Shown piece after piece: positions 50,104-60,520 of a stretch of DNA of 64,000 nt (its first letter is position 1; every line of letters starts with the position of its first letter). The translations under genes were made by a program, and so were the position numbers. Below the pieces are notes generated by a model, which was not told where the DNA came from, searched no databases, and saw only the letters and a program-made list of their open reading frames with translations. The DNA is from Candidatus Cryptobacteroides sp. (GTDB lineage Bacteria; Bacteroidota; Bacteroidia; Bacteroidales; UBA932), in assembly GCA_045644485.1 (NCBI GenBank), contig JAZRGY010000083.1, positions 10,313-74,312 of the forward strand. Direction: 5' to 3'.

Positions 50104-52632
50104 ATGAAACTGATAATCACATTATTGGCAGCCCTCACGCTCACAACCGGCATATTCGCACAGAATCATCGCACGGAAACCATACTGAAAGAATGGGAGT
50201 TCCGTAAAGGGCATGATATCGACGCTGCGGAAGGATGGGAGAAGGTTTCAGTCCCTCACGACTGGGCTATATACGGACCTTTTGACAAAGCCAACGACCT
50301 TCAGACCGTAGCAGTGACACAGAACGGCGAAGACGTGGCTACAGAAAAGACCGGACGTACCGGCGGCCTCCCGTATATGGGTAAGGGTACATACCGCCGC
50401 AGCATCGACATATCTGCAGAGACCCTCGACGGACGTAGACACATCCTTTATTTCGACGGGGCCATGAGCGAGGCGCAGATCTTCGTCAACGGAGAAAAAG
50501 TCTGCTTCTGGCCATATGGATACAACTCGTTCTGGTGCGACGTGACAGAAGTCCTCCAATCAGGAGATAACAAGGTCGCCGTGCTTCTGGAGAACAGACC
50601 TCAGTCTTCCAGATGGTACCCGGGGGCAGGCCTGTACCGCAAGGTAAGGTACATTACAGTTCCTCAGATTCATGTGCCTGTGTGGGGAACATACATCACT
50701 ACACCATATATCGGCAACGACTATGCAACGGTAAAGGTCTGCACGAAGGTAAACGGCGTGGAAGAGGGTACTGTCGTGACACTAAAGACAAGGGTCATTG
50801 ATGCTGAGGGCAGGGTCATCGCAGAGGAAACCGACACCAGACAGATCCATAAGGGAGAGGCCGAGCAGAATCTTTGCGTCAAATCACCGTCACTCTGGTC
50901 ACCTGAGACTCCTATCCTTTATTTCGCTGAAACTGAGATATATACCGGAGGTTCCGTCGATACAGCATGGGATATGGACAGGCCTGAGATCACAATCATA
51001 CATGGCAAAGACCTCCAGGACAAGGTCTGCACACGTTTCGGATTCAGAACCATAGAGATACGCCCGGACAAAGGATTCTTCCTGAACGGACAGGCCCGGA
51101 AATTCCGCGGAGTATGCCTGCACCATGACCTAGGTCCTCTCGGAGCCGCAGTCAACAAGGCTGCAATACGCAGGCAACTGACCATGCTCAAGGACATGGG
51201 ATGCGACGCCATCCGCACCTCGCACAATATGCCTGCAGAGGAACTTATCGAACTCTGTGACGAGATGGGATTCATGGTCATGTGCGAAAATTTTGACGAA
51301 TGGGACATAGCGAAATGCGAAAACGGATACCATAGGTTCTTCAACGAAGACAGTGGGAACGGAGTGATATGGGCAGAAAGAGACATGATGAACATGCTGC
51401 ACCATTTCCGAAACAATGCTTCGGTAGTGATGTGGAGCATCGGCAACGAAGTTCCTTCGCAGTGGAAGGAGGAAGGCCTGCAAGTAGCAGCCTGGCTTCA
51501 GGGATTATGCCACAGAGAGGATTCCACCAGACCGGTCACCTGCGGCATGGACCAATATAATTCAGTGGTGCTCAACGGATTTGCAGAGCAACTTGATGTC
51601 GTGGGATTCAATTATAAGGTGGACCGATATATCCCTGCTTACGAACTTCTGCCTCAACGAATCATCCTGGGAAGCGAAACAGCATCGACTGTAAGTTCAC
51701 GAGGAACATACCATTTTCCAGCCACCCTCGGCGCTGCCATAATGCATGAGGACCATCAGTCATCATCATATGATACAGAATACTGCTGGTGGTCAAACAT
51801 TGCGGACAATGATTTTGCGGCAGACGAGGATTATCCGTGGTGCATAGGACAGTTCGTATGGACAGGCTTCGATTATCTCGGAGAGCCTTCTCCATATGAT
51901 ACTGACGCTTGGCCAAACCATTCTTCGGTATTCGGAATCATAGACCTGGCATCCATCCCGAAGGACAGATACTATCTTTACAGAAGCCAGTGGAACAAGA
52001 CAGACGAAACACTCCACATACTCCCGCATTGGAACTGGGAAGGAAGAGAGGGAGAAGTGACCCCTGTATTTGTATATACATCATACCCGTCAGCGGAACT
52101 TTTTGTAAACGGAATTTCGCAGGGAATGCGTACATTTGCAGAATCGGACGGGGAAGTTCCATGCCTTGGAGAAAAGGCGATGAAACGTTTCCGCCTGATG
52201 TGGGACAATGTAACCTACCAGAAGGGAGAAATCCGGGTTGTAGCATATGACGCTGCAGGACAACCTGTTGCAGAAAAGACCATACGCACGGCAGGCAAGG
52301 CATCCTCCATATTGCTGACCCCGGACAGACGGGTGCTGAAGGCGGACGGAGAGGATCTCTGCTACCTCAATGTAAGTATCGTGGACAAGGATGGTAATCC
52401 TGTTCCGACCGACGACAGGCTGATCAAGGTCAAGGTAAGCGGAGCAGGTTCCTTCAAGGCCATAGCAAACGGAGACCCAACCTGTCTGGAATCCTTCCAG
52501 GAACCTCAGATGCATCTTTTCAGCGGACAGTTGACCGTCCTTGTGCAAAGCGGAACAGAGCCGGGAGACATCATCGTGGAGGTAAGCGGAAAGGGTGTTA
52601 AGAAAGCGACTATGAAAATAAAGACAGAATAG
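50104..52632 (+). CDS. GH2 beta-galactosidase family (DUF4982-type)
   Basis: VPHDWAI, SRWYPGAGLYR, GVCLHHDLG, AIRTSHN, WSIGNE (acid/base), GSET (nucleophile) and WTGFDYLGE. Confidence 0.92.
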   Translation: MKLIITLLAALTLTTGIFAQNHRTETILKEWEFRKGHDIDAAEGWEKVSVPHDWAIYGPFDKANDLQTVAVTQNGEDVATEKTGRTGGLPYMGKGTYRRSIDISAETLDGRRHILYFDGAMSEAQIFVNGEKVCFWPYGYNSFWCDVTEVLQSGDNKVAVLLENRPQSSRWYPGAGLYRKVRYITVPQIHVPVWGTYITTPYIGNDYATVKVCTKVNGVEEGTVVTLKTRVIDAEGRVIAEETDTRQIHKGEAEQNLCVKSPSLWSPETPILYFAETEIYTGGSVDTAWDMDRPEITIIHGKDLQDKVCTRFGFRTIEIRPDKGFFLNGQARKFRGVCLHHDLGPLGAAVNKAAIRRQLTMLKDMGCDAIRTSHNMPAEELIELCDEMGFMVMCENFDEWDIAKCENGYHRFFNEDSGNGVIWAERDMMNMLHHFRNNASVVMWSIGNEVPSQWKEEGLQVAAWLQGLCHREDSTRPVTCGMDQYNSVVLNGFAEQLDVVGFNYKVDRYIPAYELLPQRIILGSETASTVSSRGTYHFPATLGAAIMHEDHQSSSYDTEYCWWSNIADNDFAADEDYPWCIGQFVWTGFDYLGEPSPYDTDAWPNHSSVFGIIDLASIPKDRYYLYRSQWNKTDETLHILPHWNWEGREGEVTPVFVYTSYPSAELFVNGISQGMRTFAESDGEVPCLGEKAMKRFRLMWDNVTYQKGEIRVVAYDAAGQPVAEKTIRTAGKASSILLTPDRRVLKADGEDLCYLNVSIVDKDGNPVPTDDRLIKVKVSGAGSFKAIANGDPTCLESFQEPQMHLFSGQLTVLVQSGTEPGDIIVEVSGKGVKKATMKIKTE

Positions 52633-52636
52633 AAAT

Positions 52637-54736
52637 ATGAACAGAAGGTTTCTTGCTGTTCTGGCAGTAATAATGGCCGGAGCAGCGTGTACAAAAGTGA
52701 TTCAGGAGGCACCGGAACAGGTCACAGAGGGGGAGAAGGCTCCCCTGACAAAGATTGTTGGAGACACTCAGGGTGAATTCCAGCAGGGTTCGCTCCTTGT
52801 AAAGGTAGACGAAGAGACGGCGGCAAGCCTCGCCAAGGGGGAAATCGCTGCCGCGGCTGATATAATGGAGAGATCCGGAGCCGAAGATATATTTCCTGCC
52901 CTGATGATCCAGCCACGCAACATGGAGGTTGCAAGAAAATACGGACTCCACAGATGGTACCAGATCCGCTTTGACGAGAACATCCCGCTTCAGGATGTGG
53001 CCCTCAGGATGCAGTCTCTCCCGTCAGTGGTCTCAATCCAGTACAACTCTTTCCTTGAGCCGGTACGTTCAGACAAGGTGGTGGAATTCTCTCCGCTTCC
53101 TATGACCAAGGAAAGCGTGATGCCTTCCGGTTTCAACGACCCATATTTCAAACACCAGTGGAATCTTTCGAACACCGGTGACAAGACTGTGGCAAAGAAT
53201 GCAGTGGCCGGTGCTGACGTCGGCGTCCTTGACGCATGGAAACTCACGGCAGGAGACCCAAGTGTCATCGTAGCCATTTTTGACTGCGCTGTAAACAGCA
53301 TGCACGAAGACCTTAAGAATGCCCTCTGGGTAAATGAGGCAGAGGTCGGCGGAGAACTCAACAAGGATGATGACGGTAACGGATTCATTGACGATGAATA
53401 CGGATTCAACTTTGTCGGATGTACAAAACTGACAAAGGATCATGTAAATAAAGTCCTCAACGGACAGGCTGTCGACGCTGTGAAAGGCAACCGAATCAAC
53501 TGGACCAAGGGCAGCGGTCACGGAACCCATGTAGCAGGAATCATCGGTGCGGAAAACGGCAACGGCAAGGGAGTCAGTTCGATTGCCGGCGGAAGCGGCA
53601 ACGCGGATGGCGTACGTCTGATGACCTGCCAGATATTCGAAGGAAACTCCAATGCATCCGATGCGCAGAATGCGGCCGCATTCATCTACGCCGCCGACAA
53701 CGGAGCATGTATAGCACAGTGCTCATACGGCAATGCCAATGCCCTGACAAGCGATGAGATGTACATAAACGGAGGTGAATACAACATAGACGGCAAGAAG
53801 GTGAAGATCGACGGATCACCTCTCGAAAATGCAGCCCTGAGGTACTTCCTTGATCCGGCAAACAGCAATCACGAGTCCCTTGAAGGCAATATCGCCGTAT
53901 TTGCAGCCGGCAATCATAAACAGCCTTATTCAAGTTATCCTGGAGCGCTTCCTTATGTCATTTCAGTCACTGCATTCGGAGCGGATTTCCTTCCAGGAGG
54001 ATATACCAACTACGGCCCAGGCAGCAAGATAGCGGCACCGGGAGGAGAATATTACGACGACAAGAACTACGGAATGATGATCCTCTCTACAGGCGTATCA
54101 AATGCGGCACAGTCATCTCCTTCTGTAGAAGGAAACAGAAACTATGTATATATGCAGGGAACATCGATGGCATGTCCTCATGTATCCGGAGTCTTGGCGC
54201 TCGGAATATCATATGCAAAGAAACTGGGAAAGAAGTTCAGCAGAGACGAATTCCATTCAATGCTCCTCACTTCGGTAAACAGCATAGACTCTTATCTCAC
54301 AGGAACAAAGGACTATTATGACCTTGGTTCTTACTCCTGGACAAAGGTAGACCTCGGAAAGTACAAAGGCCAGATGGGAACGGGAGCCGTGGATGCATGG
54401 AAGTTCCTCATGGCCATCGAGGGCACTCCGACCATCATGACCCAGGCAGGAAAGAAGATGAGCATCGACATAAGCAGATACTGTAATCCTTATGATGATT
54501 ACACCGTCACTGTCGACGATGCATCTAAAACATCCCTTGGAATCGTTTCTGATCCTGTGATAAAGAACGGAAAACTTGAAATAGAATGCTCGAAGATAGG
54601 TTCTGGAAAGATAACTTTGAGTGGAAAAGTAGGAAAAGATACAGAAAAGGAGGGTGGTATAGGAGAGATGACATACTCACGCACACTTTCCATAGCATCA
54701 AGACCTTTCGCTACAAACAACGGAGGATGGCTCTAA
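52637..54736 (+). CDS. S8 subtilisin-like serine protease, lipoprotein
   Basis: GAAC lipobox, prodomain (GLHRWY), IFD, HGTHVAG, AAGN and GTSMACPHVSG. Confidence 0.92.
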   Translation: MNRRFLAVLAVIMAGAACTKVIQEAPEQVTEGEKAPLTKIVGDTQGEFQQGSLLVKVDEETAASLAKGEIAAAADIMERSGAEDIFPALMIQPRNMEVARKYGLHRWYQIRFDENIPLQDVALRMQSLPSVVSIQYNSFLEPVRSDKVVEFSPLPMTKESVMPSGFNDPYFKHQWNLSNTGDKTVAKNAVAGADVGVLDAWKLTAGDPSVIVAIFDCAVNSMHEDLKNALWVNEAEVGGELNKDDDGNGFIDDEYGFNFVGCTKLTKDHVNKVLNGQAVDAVKGNRINWTKGSGHGTHVAGIIGAENGNGKGVSSIAGGSGNADGVRLMTCQIFEGNSNASDAQNAAAFIYAADNGACIAQCSYGNANALTSDEMYINGGEYNIDGKKVKIDGSPLENAALRYFLDPANSNHESLEGNIAVFAAGNHKQPYSSYPGALPYVISVTAFGADFLPGGYTNYGPGSKIAAPGGEYYDDKNYGMMILSTGVSNAAQSSPSVEGNRNYVYMQGTSMACPHVSGVLALGISYAKKLGKKFSRDEFHSMLLTSVNSIDSYLTGTKDYYDLGSYSWTKVDLGKYKGQMGTGAVDAWKFLMAIEGTPTIMTQAGKKMSIDISRYCNPYDDYTVTVDDASKTSLGIVSDPVIKNGKLEIECSKIGSGKITLSGKVGKDTEKEGGIGEMTYSRTLSIASRPFATNNGGWL

Positions 54737-54737
54737 A

Positions 54738-54764
54738 CGTCATCCCCGGCCTGACCGGGGATCC
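54738..54764 (+). repeat. CGTC-tagged REP-like palindrome
   Basis: CGTCATCCCCGGCCTGACCGGGGATCC, 1 nt after the S8 stop; same family as the 18248 doublet. Confidence 0.72.
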
Positions 54765-54778
54765 AAACACAATATCAG

Positions 54779-55201
54779 ATGAAGAACTTACTATACATAT
54801 TATCCGCACTGCTGCTTCTGACAGCATGCGAGAAAAACGGAAAGCAGTCTCTTGAGGAAACTATATGCGGAGAGTGGCAAAGCACATCCCTGACTGTAGC
54901 AGGCAGCGTATATCTTGACTTCAACGAAGACAAGACATTCGAGATGTACCAGAAGATCGGCGAGGGGGCGTATCGTCTCTATCGAGGAACATGGAACCTG
55001 GAAGAGAAAGTCCTTACAGGAAAATACAATGACGGAGAAGATTGGGCAGCGTCATACGATGTCGCGATCGAAGGCCAGGGTCTCACCCTCACATCGAAGA
55101 ATGATGCGGCAGAGATTACAAAGTACTCGGCCTGCACCATCCCTGAGGAAGTGAAGACCGGATGTGAGGTAGTGGTAAAATCCTCGGTTGCAGGACTTTA
55201 A
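54779..55201 (+). CDS. small lipocalin-like-domain lipoprotein
   Basis: LTAC lipobox, ICGEW (GxW), 'F..DKTF' and 'GTW' beta-barrel pattern. Confidence 0.72.
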   Translation: MKNLLYILSALLLLTACEKNGKQSLEETICGEWQSTSLTVAGSVYLDFNEDKTFEMYQKIGEGAYRLYRGTWNLEEKVLTGKYNDGEDWAASYDVAIEGQGLTLTSKNDAAEITKYSACTIPEEVKTGCEVVVKSSVAGL

Positions 55202-55791
55202 TCCTCCTTCCTCATACTGAATTCACAGCCACAATACAACTGGTTATAGAAATCGTATTCCTTGATTATCTGAAGGCGGCGCTCCTGGAGCCCGCCTTTT
55301 CTCCAGTTATATGTCCAATAGACAGGCAACTGTCCTTCAGTAGCCCAAAGGCCTGCCTCATTGATCTGATCCAGGGATTTCCAGCGTGATGATGCCAGAG
55401 TCGTGGTTATCACCTTGATTCCTCTCTCGCGGGCATATTCCGCTGTACGAAGAAGACGGAGTTTAAAGCATTTCAGACACCTCCCGCCCCTTTCAGGCTC
55501 TTCTTCCAGACCTCGCACCGCTTCAAGCCACTTATCATGGTCGTAGTCCGCATCTATGATCTCAAGACCCAATGACCGGGCATATCTCGTACATTCGTTC
55601 TTGCGGATTTCATATTCTTCCCGAGGGTATATGTTTGGATTGCAATAATATATGACAGGAGTGACGCCATGCTTGAGCAATGTCTCGATTATCGCGCTTG
55701 AGCATGGAGCGCAACAGGTATGAAGGAGAACCGTAGTCTCCCCCATCGGCACCTGGAGGTCATCATTTTTCATTTTATCTTTCTTTGCCAT
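55198..55791 (-). CDS. queH: epoxyqueuosine reductase
   Basis: LLHTCCAPCS, NPNIYP, EPERGGRCLKC and YNQLYCGCEFS. Confidence 0.94.
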   Translation of the reverse strand: MAKKDKMKNDDLQVPMGETTVLLHTCCAPCSSAIIETLLKHGVTPVIYYCNPNIYPREEYEIRKNECTRYARSLGLEIIDADYDHDKWLEAVRGLEEEPERGGRCLKCFKLRLLRTAEYARERGIKVITTTLASSRWKSLDQINEAGLWATEGQLPVYWTYNWRKGGLQERRLQIIKEYDFYNQLYCGCEFSMRKED

Positions 55792-55816
55792 ATGGAACCC
55801 TGTAAGAATATCTCCG

Positions 55817-55845
55817 CAAAGATAATTCTATTTTATGTATCTTTG
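55817..55845. promoter_or_regulatory. back-to-back divergent -7 elements
   Basis: CAAAGATA-N13-TATCTTTG. Confidence 0.7.
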
Positions 55846-55864
55846 CACCCGTTAACAATTTCCC

Positions 55865-57184
55865 ATGGACATCATTCATAACAAACATATAAGCGGCTGG
55901 CTCGCCTTAAGTCCCCTGCTGGTCTTTCTGTGCATCTATCTTGTATCTTCGATAGCAGTCGGAGACTTCTACGCCATACCCATATCTGCAGCCTTCCTGA
56001 TTGCATCAATCTACGCCATGCTCATATGCAGAGGCAAAACTCTGGAGCAGAGGATAGCAATATTCTCCGAAGGTGCCGGCAACAAGAATGTCCTTCTGAT
56101 GATATGGATATTTGTTCTGGCCGGAGCATTTGCATCCACAGCCAAGGAAATCGGAGCAATCGACGCTACTGTAAACCTCGCCCTGCGCATACTTCCTGGC
56201 AGGCTTATATATGCCGGACTCTTTCTTGCGGCCTGTTTCATATCCATGTCCATCGGAACCAGCGTAGGTACTATCGTCGCCCTGGTCCCTGTAGCAGCGG
56301 GAATCGCTGAAGAACTGGCCCTCACCGGAGCGGGCGGCATGCTTTCAAGTACCCCGTTCATCACGGCAATCATCGTAGGAGGTGCATTCTTCGGTGACAA
56401 CCTGTCCTTCATTTCAGACACCACGATTGCCGCCACAAGAACCCAAGGATGCTCCATGGCAGACAAATTCAAGGTAAACATCCGCATAGTGGCTCCCGCT
56501 GCCATTCTGGTAGCCATTCTATACATCATACTCGGTTCATCCGTATCAGTAACCCCCGAAGCAGGTGCAATCGACTGGATACTTCTCATCCCTTACATAC
56601 TTGTCATCGTACTTGCCATTTCGGGAGTCAATGTAGCCGCAGTACTGACAATAGGCCTGTTCGTGAACGCCCTGATCGGTTTTCTGAAAGGAAGTCTCGA
56701 CTGGACATCCTTCCTCTCGGCCATCGGAGGTGGCATAAGCGGGATGGGAGACCTGATCATCGTGACCATGCTTGCAGGAGGAATGCTGGAACTGATCCGC
56801 GCAGGAGGAGGACTGGACTTCATCGTAAACGGAATGACACGCAAGATAGACGGCAAGAGAGGGGCTGAACTAAGCATAGCGGGTCTGGTATCACTTGCAA
56901 ATCTCTGTACTGCAAACAATACGATTGCAATCATAACGACAGGAGGAATCGCCAAGGATATAACAGAACGTTTCGGTCTGGACCCGCGTAAGAGCGCAAG
57001 CATCCTGGATACATTCTCATGTCTGATCCAGGGCATCATACCTTACGGAGCCCAACTCCTGATGGCTGCCGGACTGTCCGGTGCATCATCAATATCAATC
57101 ATAGGATACCTGTACTACCCATTCATAATGGGAGGATTCGCACTACTGGCCATTCTGTTACGCTTTCCGAGAAAATACTCGTAA
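55865..57184 (+). CDS. NhaC-family transporter (Na+/H+ antiporter or amino-acid transporter subfamily)
   Basis: GTSVGTI, GAFFGDNLSFISDTTIAA, ANNTIAI and PYGAQLL. Confidence 0.88.
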   Translation: MDIIHNKHISGWLALSPLLVFLCIYLVSSIAVGDFYAIPISAAFLIASIYAMLICRGKTLEQRIAIFSEGAGNKNVLLMIWIFVLAGAFASTAKEIGAIDATVNLALRILPGRLIYAGLFLAACFISMSIGTSVGTIVALVPVAAGIAEELALTGAGGMLSSTPFITAIIVGGAFFGDNLSFISDTTIAATRTQGCSMADKFKVNIRIVAPAAILVAILYIILGSSVSVTPEAGAIDWILLIPYILVIVLAISGVNVAAVLTIGLFVNALIGFLKGSLDWTSFLSAIGGGISGMGDLIIVTMLAGGMLELIRAGGGLDFIVNGMTRKIDGKRGAELSIAGLVSLANLCTANNTIAIITTGGIAKDITERFGLDPRKSASILDTFSCLIQGIIPYGAQLLMAAGLSGASSISIIGYLYYPFIMGGFALLAILLRFPRKYS

Positions 57185-57190
57185 AGGATC

Positions 57191-59572
57191 TTAAAGGAAA
57201 AGAGAAGCGATACGGAATGTAATGAAGGCTGCCACCCAGGCAAGAACTATCGTATAGACCGCTGTAACTATCGCCCATTTCCAGCCGCCGCTCTCATTCT
57301 TTATGGCGACGAAGGTCGCTATACAAGGGAAGTACAGAAGTATGAACACCATGTAGGCCAAGGCTCCGGCAGGAGTCACAGACTTCACCAAAGCCTTCTG
57401 CAGACGGGTCTCCGCACCTGAAGAGGCATCACCGACAGGTTCTTCACCAGCATACATGACTCCAAGGGTACTGACCACAAGTTCCTTTGCACCGACACCT
57501 GCGACAATTCCGACACCCATCCTCCAGTCAAATCCCAGAGGTTCCAGCACCGGTTCCATAGCCTTGCCCACATAACCGATGAACGAATGCTCCTGCTGAT
57601 CCTGAACCGTATTGTACGCGTCATGGTTAGGGAAATAACCCAGGAACCATATTGCCATGGAACATATGAGGATGATACCGCTCATCTTCTGCAGATACTG
57701 ACGTCCCTTCTCCCAGGTATGCCTGAAGATGGACTTGGCGGTAGGGATACGATAAGGAGGGAGTTCCATGACGAAAGGAAGATCGTCATCCTTGAAGAAG
57801 GCGCTCATGATTTTGGCAGCCACCACGGCCAGAACAATTCCCAAAGCATACAAGCCTAGCAGTACGGCACCGGCATTGCGAGGGAAGAAGGCACCTGCAA
57901 TAAGTACATATACAGGCATTCGTCCCGCACATGACATCAGAGGAATGACCAGCATGGTGATAAGTCTGCTCTTTCGGCTCTCGATGGTCCTTGTAGCCAT
58001 CACAGCAGGCACATTGCATCCGAATCCCATTATCATAGGAATGAAGGATTTTCCATGAAGTCCGATCTTATGCATCAGACGGTCCATTATGAAGGCCGCA
58101 CGGGCCATATATCCGGAGTCTTCCAGAAGCGAAATGAAAAGATACAGAAGCAGAATGTTCGGAAGGAAGACCAGTACGCTGCCTACACCTCCTATGATTC
58201 CGTCGACAACAAGATCCTTCAGCCATCCGTCCGTCATTATTGATGCCACATATGCGCCGAAGGTCTCTACTACCCATTCGATCCACCTCATAGGATATTC
58301 ACCTGCTACAAAAGTGGTATCAAAGACCACATAAAGCAGAAGGAAGAATATCGGAAAGGCAAGCCACCTGTTAGTCACGACAGCATCTATCCTCTCCGTA
58401 AGCGTATGCCACTTCCTTTTCTTTGACGAAGGCACATATGTTTCGGCAAGGGCACCCTGGACAAATGCATATTTGGCATCCACCATAGCAGATTCCAGAC
58501 CGGAGCCGATAAGTCCTCTTATCCTGTTGTTTTCTTCAAAACGAGCGGCGATGATCTCGTCTCGGTTTGACAATGTCTCCACGACTCCTTCGATCTCCTT
58601 GTCATTCTCCAGATACTTTATGGAAAGATAGCGCGTCGAGTATTTCGAACGTATGTCCTCTGTATGGGAAATCAGGTCCTTCACCCTGTTGATGCTGCGT
58701 TCCATCTCCTCACCATGATTGATATGGATATGACGTGCAAGATTCGGATCGCTTTTCTCATATATCTGGATGACGGTATCGAAGAGTTCCTCTATACCAT
58801 TTCCTGTACGGCTGACAGTCGGAACCACCGGCATTCCAAGAAGCCACCCTAACTGTCTTATATCCAAGCGGTCACCCTTTGCCTGCAGTTCATCGTACAT
58901 ATTCAGGGCCATCACAACCCTGAGGTTCATGTCTATGAGTTGAGTGGTAAGGTACAGGTTTCTCTGAAGATTCGATGCATCCACTACATTGATGACCACA
59001 TCCGGAACATCCTCGATCAGATTTTTCCGGACATAAAGTTCTTCAGGGCTATATGCAGACAGAGAATATGTTCCGGGAAGATCGACCAGACGGAACTGAT
59101 ATCCGCCATGCTCAAAGATTCCTTCCTTGGCATCTACCGTCACTCCGCTATAGTTTCCTACATGCTCATGACTACCTGACGCTACATTGAAAAGGGAAGT
59201 CTTTCCGCAGTTCGGATTTCCGACAAGGGCCACCTTGATAGTCTTGCGGAGTTCCTCCGCCAATGTATTCATCTCTCGTTCTATCCAGGCTTCGTCTGCC
59301 TCTATGGCAGGCAGTGACTCGCGTTCGGAAAGCATCTCCTTTGCTTCAGTCTCGCTGATCACTTCAATCTTTGCAGCCTCCTCACGACGGAGGGATATCT
59401 TGTATCCTATTATCTCATATTCGATAGGGTCACGCAAAGGAGCATTAAGGATCACCTTGACCTTATTGCCCCTGACAAAGCCCATCTCTATTATCCTCTT
59501 ACGGAATCCGCCGTGACCGTTTACCTTTACGATCACACCACGCTCCCCGGTCTTCAATTCCGATAATCTCAT
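57191..59572 (-). CDS. feoB: ferrous iron transporter FeoB with fused N-terminal FeoA
   Basis: FeoA (RIIEMG..APLRDP), GNPNCGKT, NYSGVT, DLPG, NMYD, GFGCNVPA and FVMELPPY. Confidence 0.96.
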   Translation of the reverse strand: MRLSELKTGERGVIVKVNGHGGFRKRIIEMGFVRGNKVKVILNAPLRDPIEYEIIGYKISLRREEAAKIEVISETEAKEMLSERESLPAIEADEAWIEREMNTLAEELRKTIKVALVGNPNCGKTSLFNVASGSHEHVGNYSGVTVDAKEGIFEHGGYQFRLVDLPGTYSLSAYSPEELYVRKNLIEDVPDVVINVVDASNLQRNLYLTTQLIDMNLRVVMALNMYDELQAKGDRLDIRQLGWLLGMPVVPTVSRTGNGIEELFDTVIQIYEKSDPNLARHIHINHGEEMERSINRVKDLISHTEDIRSKYSTRYLSIKYLENDKEIEGVVETLSNRDEIIAARFEENNRIRGLIGSGLESAMVDAKYAFVQGALAETYVPSSKKRKWHTLTERIDAVVTNRWLAFPIFFLLLYVVFDTTFVAGEYPMRWIEWVVETFGAYVASIMTDGWLKDLVVDGIIGGVGSVLVFLPNILLLYLFISLLEDSGYMARAAFIMDRLMHKIGLHGKSFIPMIMGFGCNVPAVMATRTIESRKSRLITMLVIPLMSCAGRMPVYVLIAGAFFPRNAGAVLLGLYALGIVLAVVAAKIMSAFFKDDDLPFVMELPPYRIPTAKSIFRHTWEKGRQYLQKMSGIILICSMAIWFLGYFPNHDAYNTVQDQQEHSFIGYVGKAMEPVLEPLGFDWRMGVGIVAGVGAKELVVSTLGVMYAGEEPVGDASSGAETRLQKALVKSVTPAGALAYMVFILLYFPCIATFVAIKNESGGWKWAIVTAVYTIVLAWVAAFITFRIASLFL

Positions 59573-59575
59573 CCC

Positions 59576-60448
59576 TTACGCTATCTCTATTGTATATACG
59601 CTTTCAAATCTTTCTCCGGACTTAAGATGATTCATCCAGTCCTTATCCTTATAATCGCCTTCGTATCCGACTCTGTCACATCTTCCATACCACGGCTCTA
59701 TGCAGATGAATGGTGCGACCTTTCCCGGAGGAGACCAGATGCCCACGACCGGTGCATCGAATGAAAGGGAAAGCCACGGAGTCCCGTCTTCCCTGAACAT
59801 GCACACCCTCCTGACCTGACTGTCCTGAAGCATTATAGTATCTATCGCATCAAACGTATCCTTCTCCAGTTTCAGACGCCCGTCAGGCATTTCCAGAGGA
59901 TATCTTGTCTCGGCATCCACGCATCCTTTCTCCTTGATCCGGATACACTCCAGTCCTTCCGTACGGTCAAATGTGAAGAATCCCCTTCCGGATCTTTCAG
60001 GATCGTAATCAGGATAGAAGAATGCTGGATGGGCACCTATCTGGAAATGTATTTCCTTTTCAGAAGGATTGGTCACTTCCCAGACCACATCAAGACAATT
60101 TCCACGCAGACGATATGCTATCTCCAACACAAAATGATATGGATATTTCTCAAGCGTATCCTCCGAAGATTCCAGTCTGTAACGGACTTCCGTCTCCGAA
60201 GCACTGACTAAAGCAAAATCCATATCTCGTGCAAATCCATGCTGGCCCAAAAGATACTCTCTGCCATCCACTCTGTATCTCGATTCCCAGACACTTCCGA
60301 CAATAGGGAAAAGAACCGGAGAACGTCTGCCCCAATATGTCTTGTCTCCCTGCCACAGGTACTCCACTCCATCTTTTCTGATACTTTGGAGTTCCGCACC
60401 ATGTCCACTGACCTCAACGGTCAGCACATCATTGGATAAAATTGTCAT
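59576..60448 (-). CDS. aldose 1-epimerase family (LacX-like)
   Basis: YLWQGD, PVLFPIVG, HGFARD, GAHPAF and FICIEPW. Confidence 0.9.
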   Translation of the reverse strand: MTILSNDVLTVEVSGHGAELQSIRKDGVEYLWQGDKTYWGRRSPVLFPIVGSVWESRYRVDGREYLLGQHGFARDMDFALVSASETEVRYRLESSEDTLEKYPYHFVLEIAYRLRGNCLDVVWEVTNPSEKEIHFQIGAHPAFFYPDYDPERSGRGFFTFDRTEGLECIRIKEKGCVDAETRYPLEMPDGRLKLEKDTFDAIDTIMLQDSQVRRVCMFREDGTPWLSLSFDAPVVGIWSPPGKVAPFICIEPWYGRCDRVGYEGDYKDKDWMNHLKSGERFESVYTIEIA

Positions 60449-60480
60449 ATGTCTTGGTATTTTTCTGTAAATTTAATGAT

Positions 60481-60488
60481 TATATTTG
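60481..60488 (+). promoter_or_regulatory. -7 element (TATATTTG)
   Basis: TAnnTTTG 32 nt upstream of ATG 60521. Confidence 0.6.
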
Positions 60489-60520
60489 CATTTAACCTCA
60501 TAAAAACACAAAAACAGACA

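Noticed and set aside
55792-55864. Riboswitch (SAM or preQ1) upstream of the NhaC-family gene or queH
   Set aside because: Both predicted leaders are short (about 20-25 nt) and lack aptamer motifs.
57191-59572. FeoA-FeoB fusion as a novelty
   Set aside because: Already known in Bacteroidetes. No convincing Fur box was seen upstream either.
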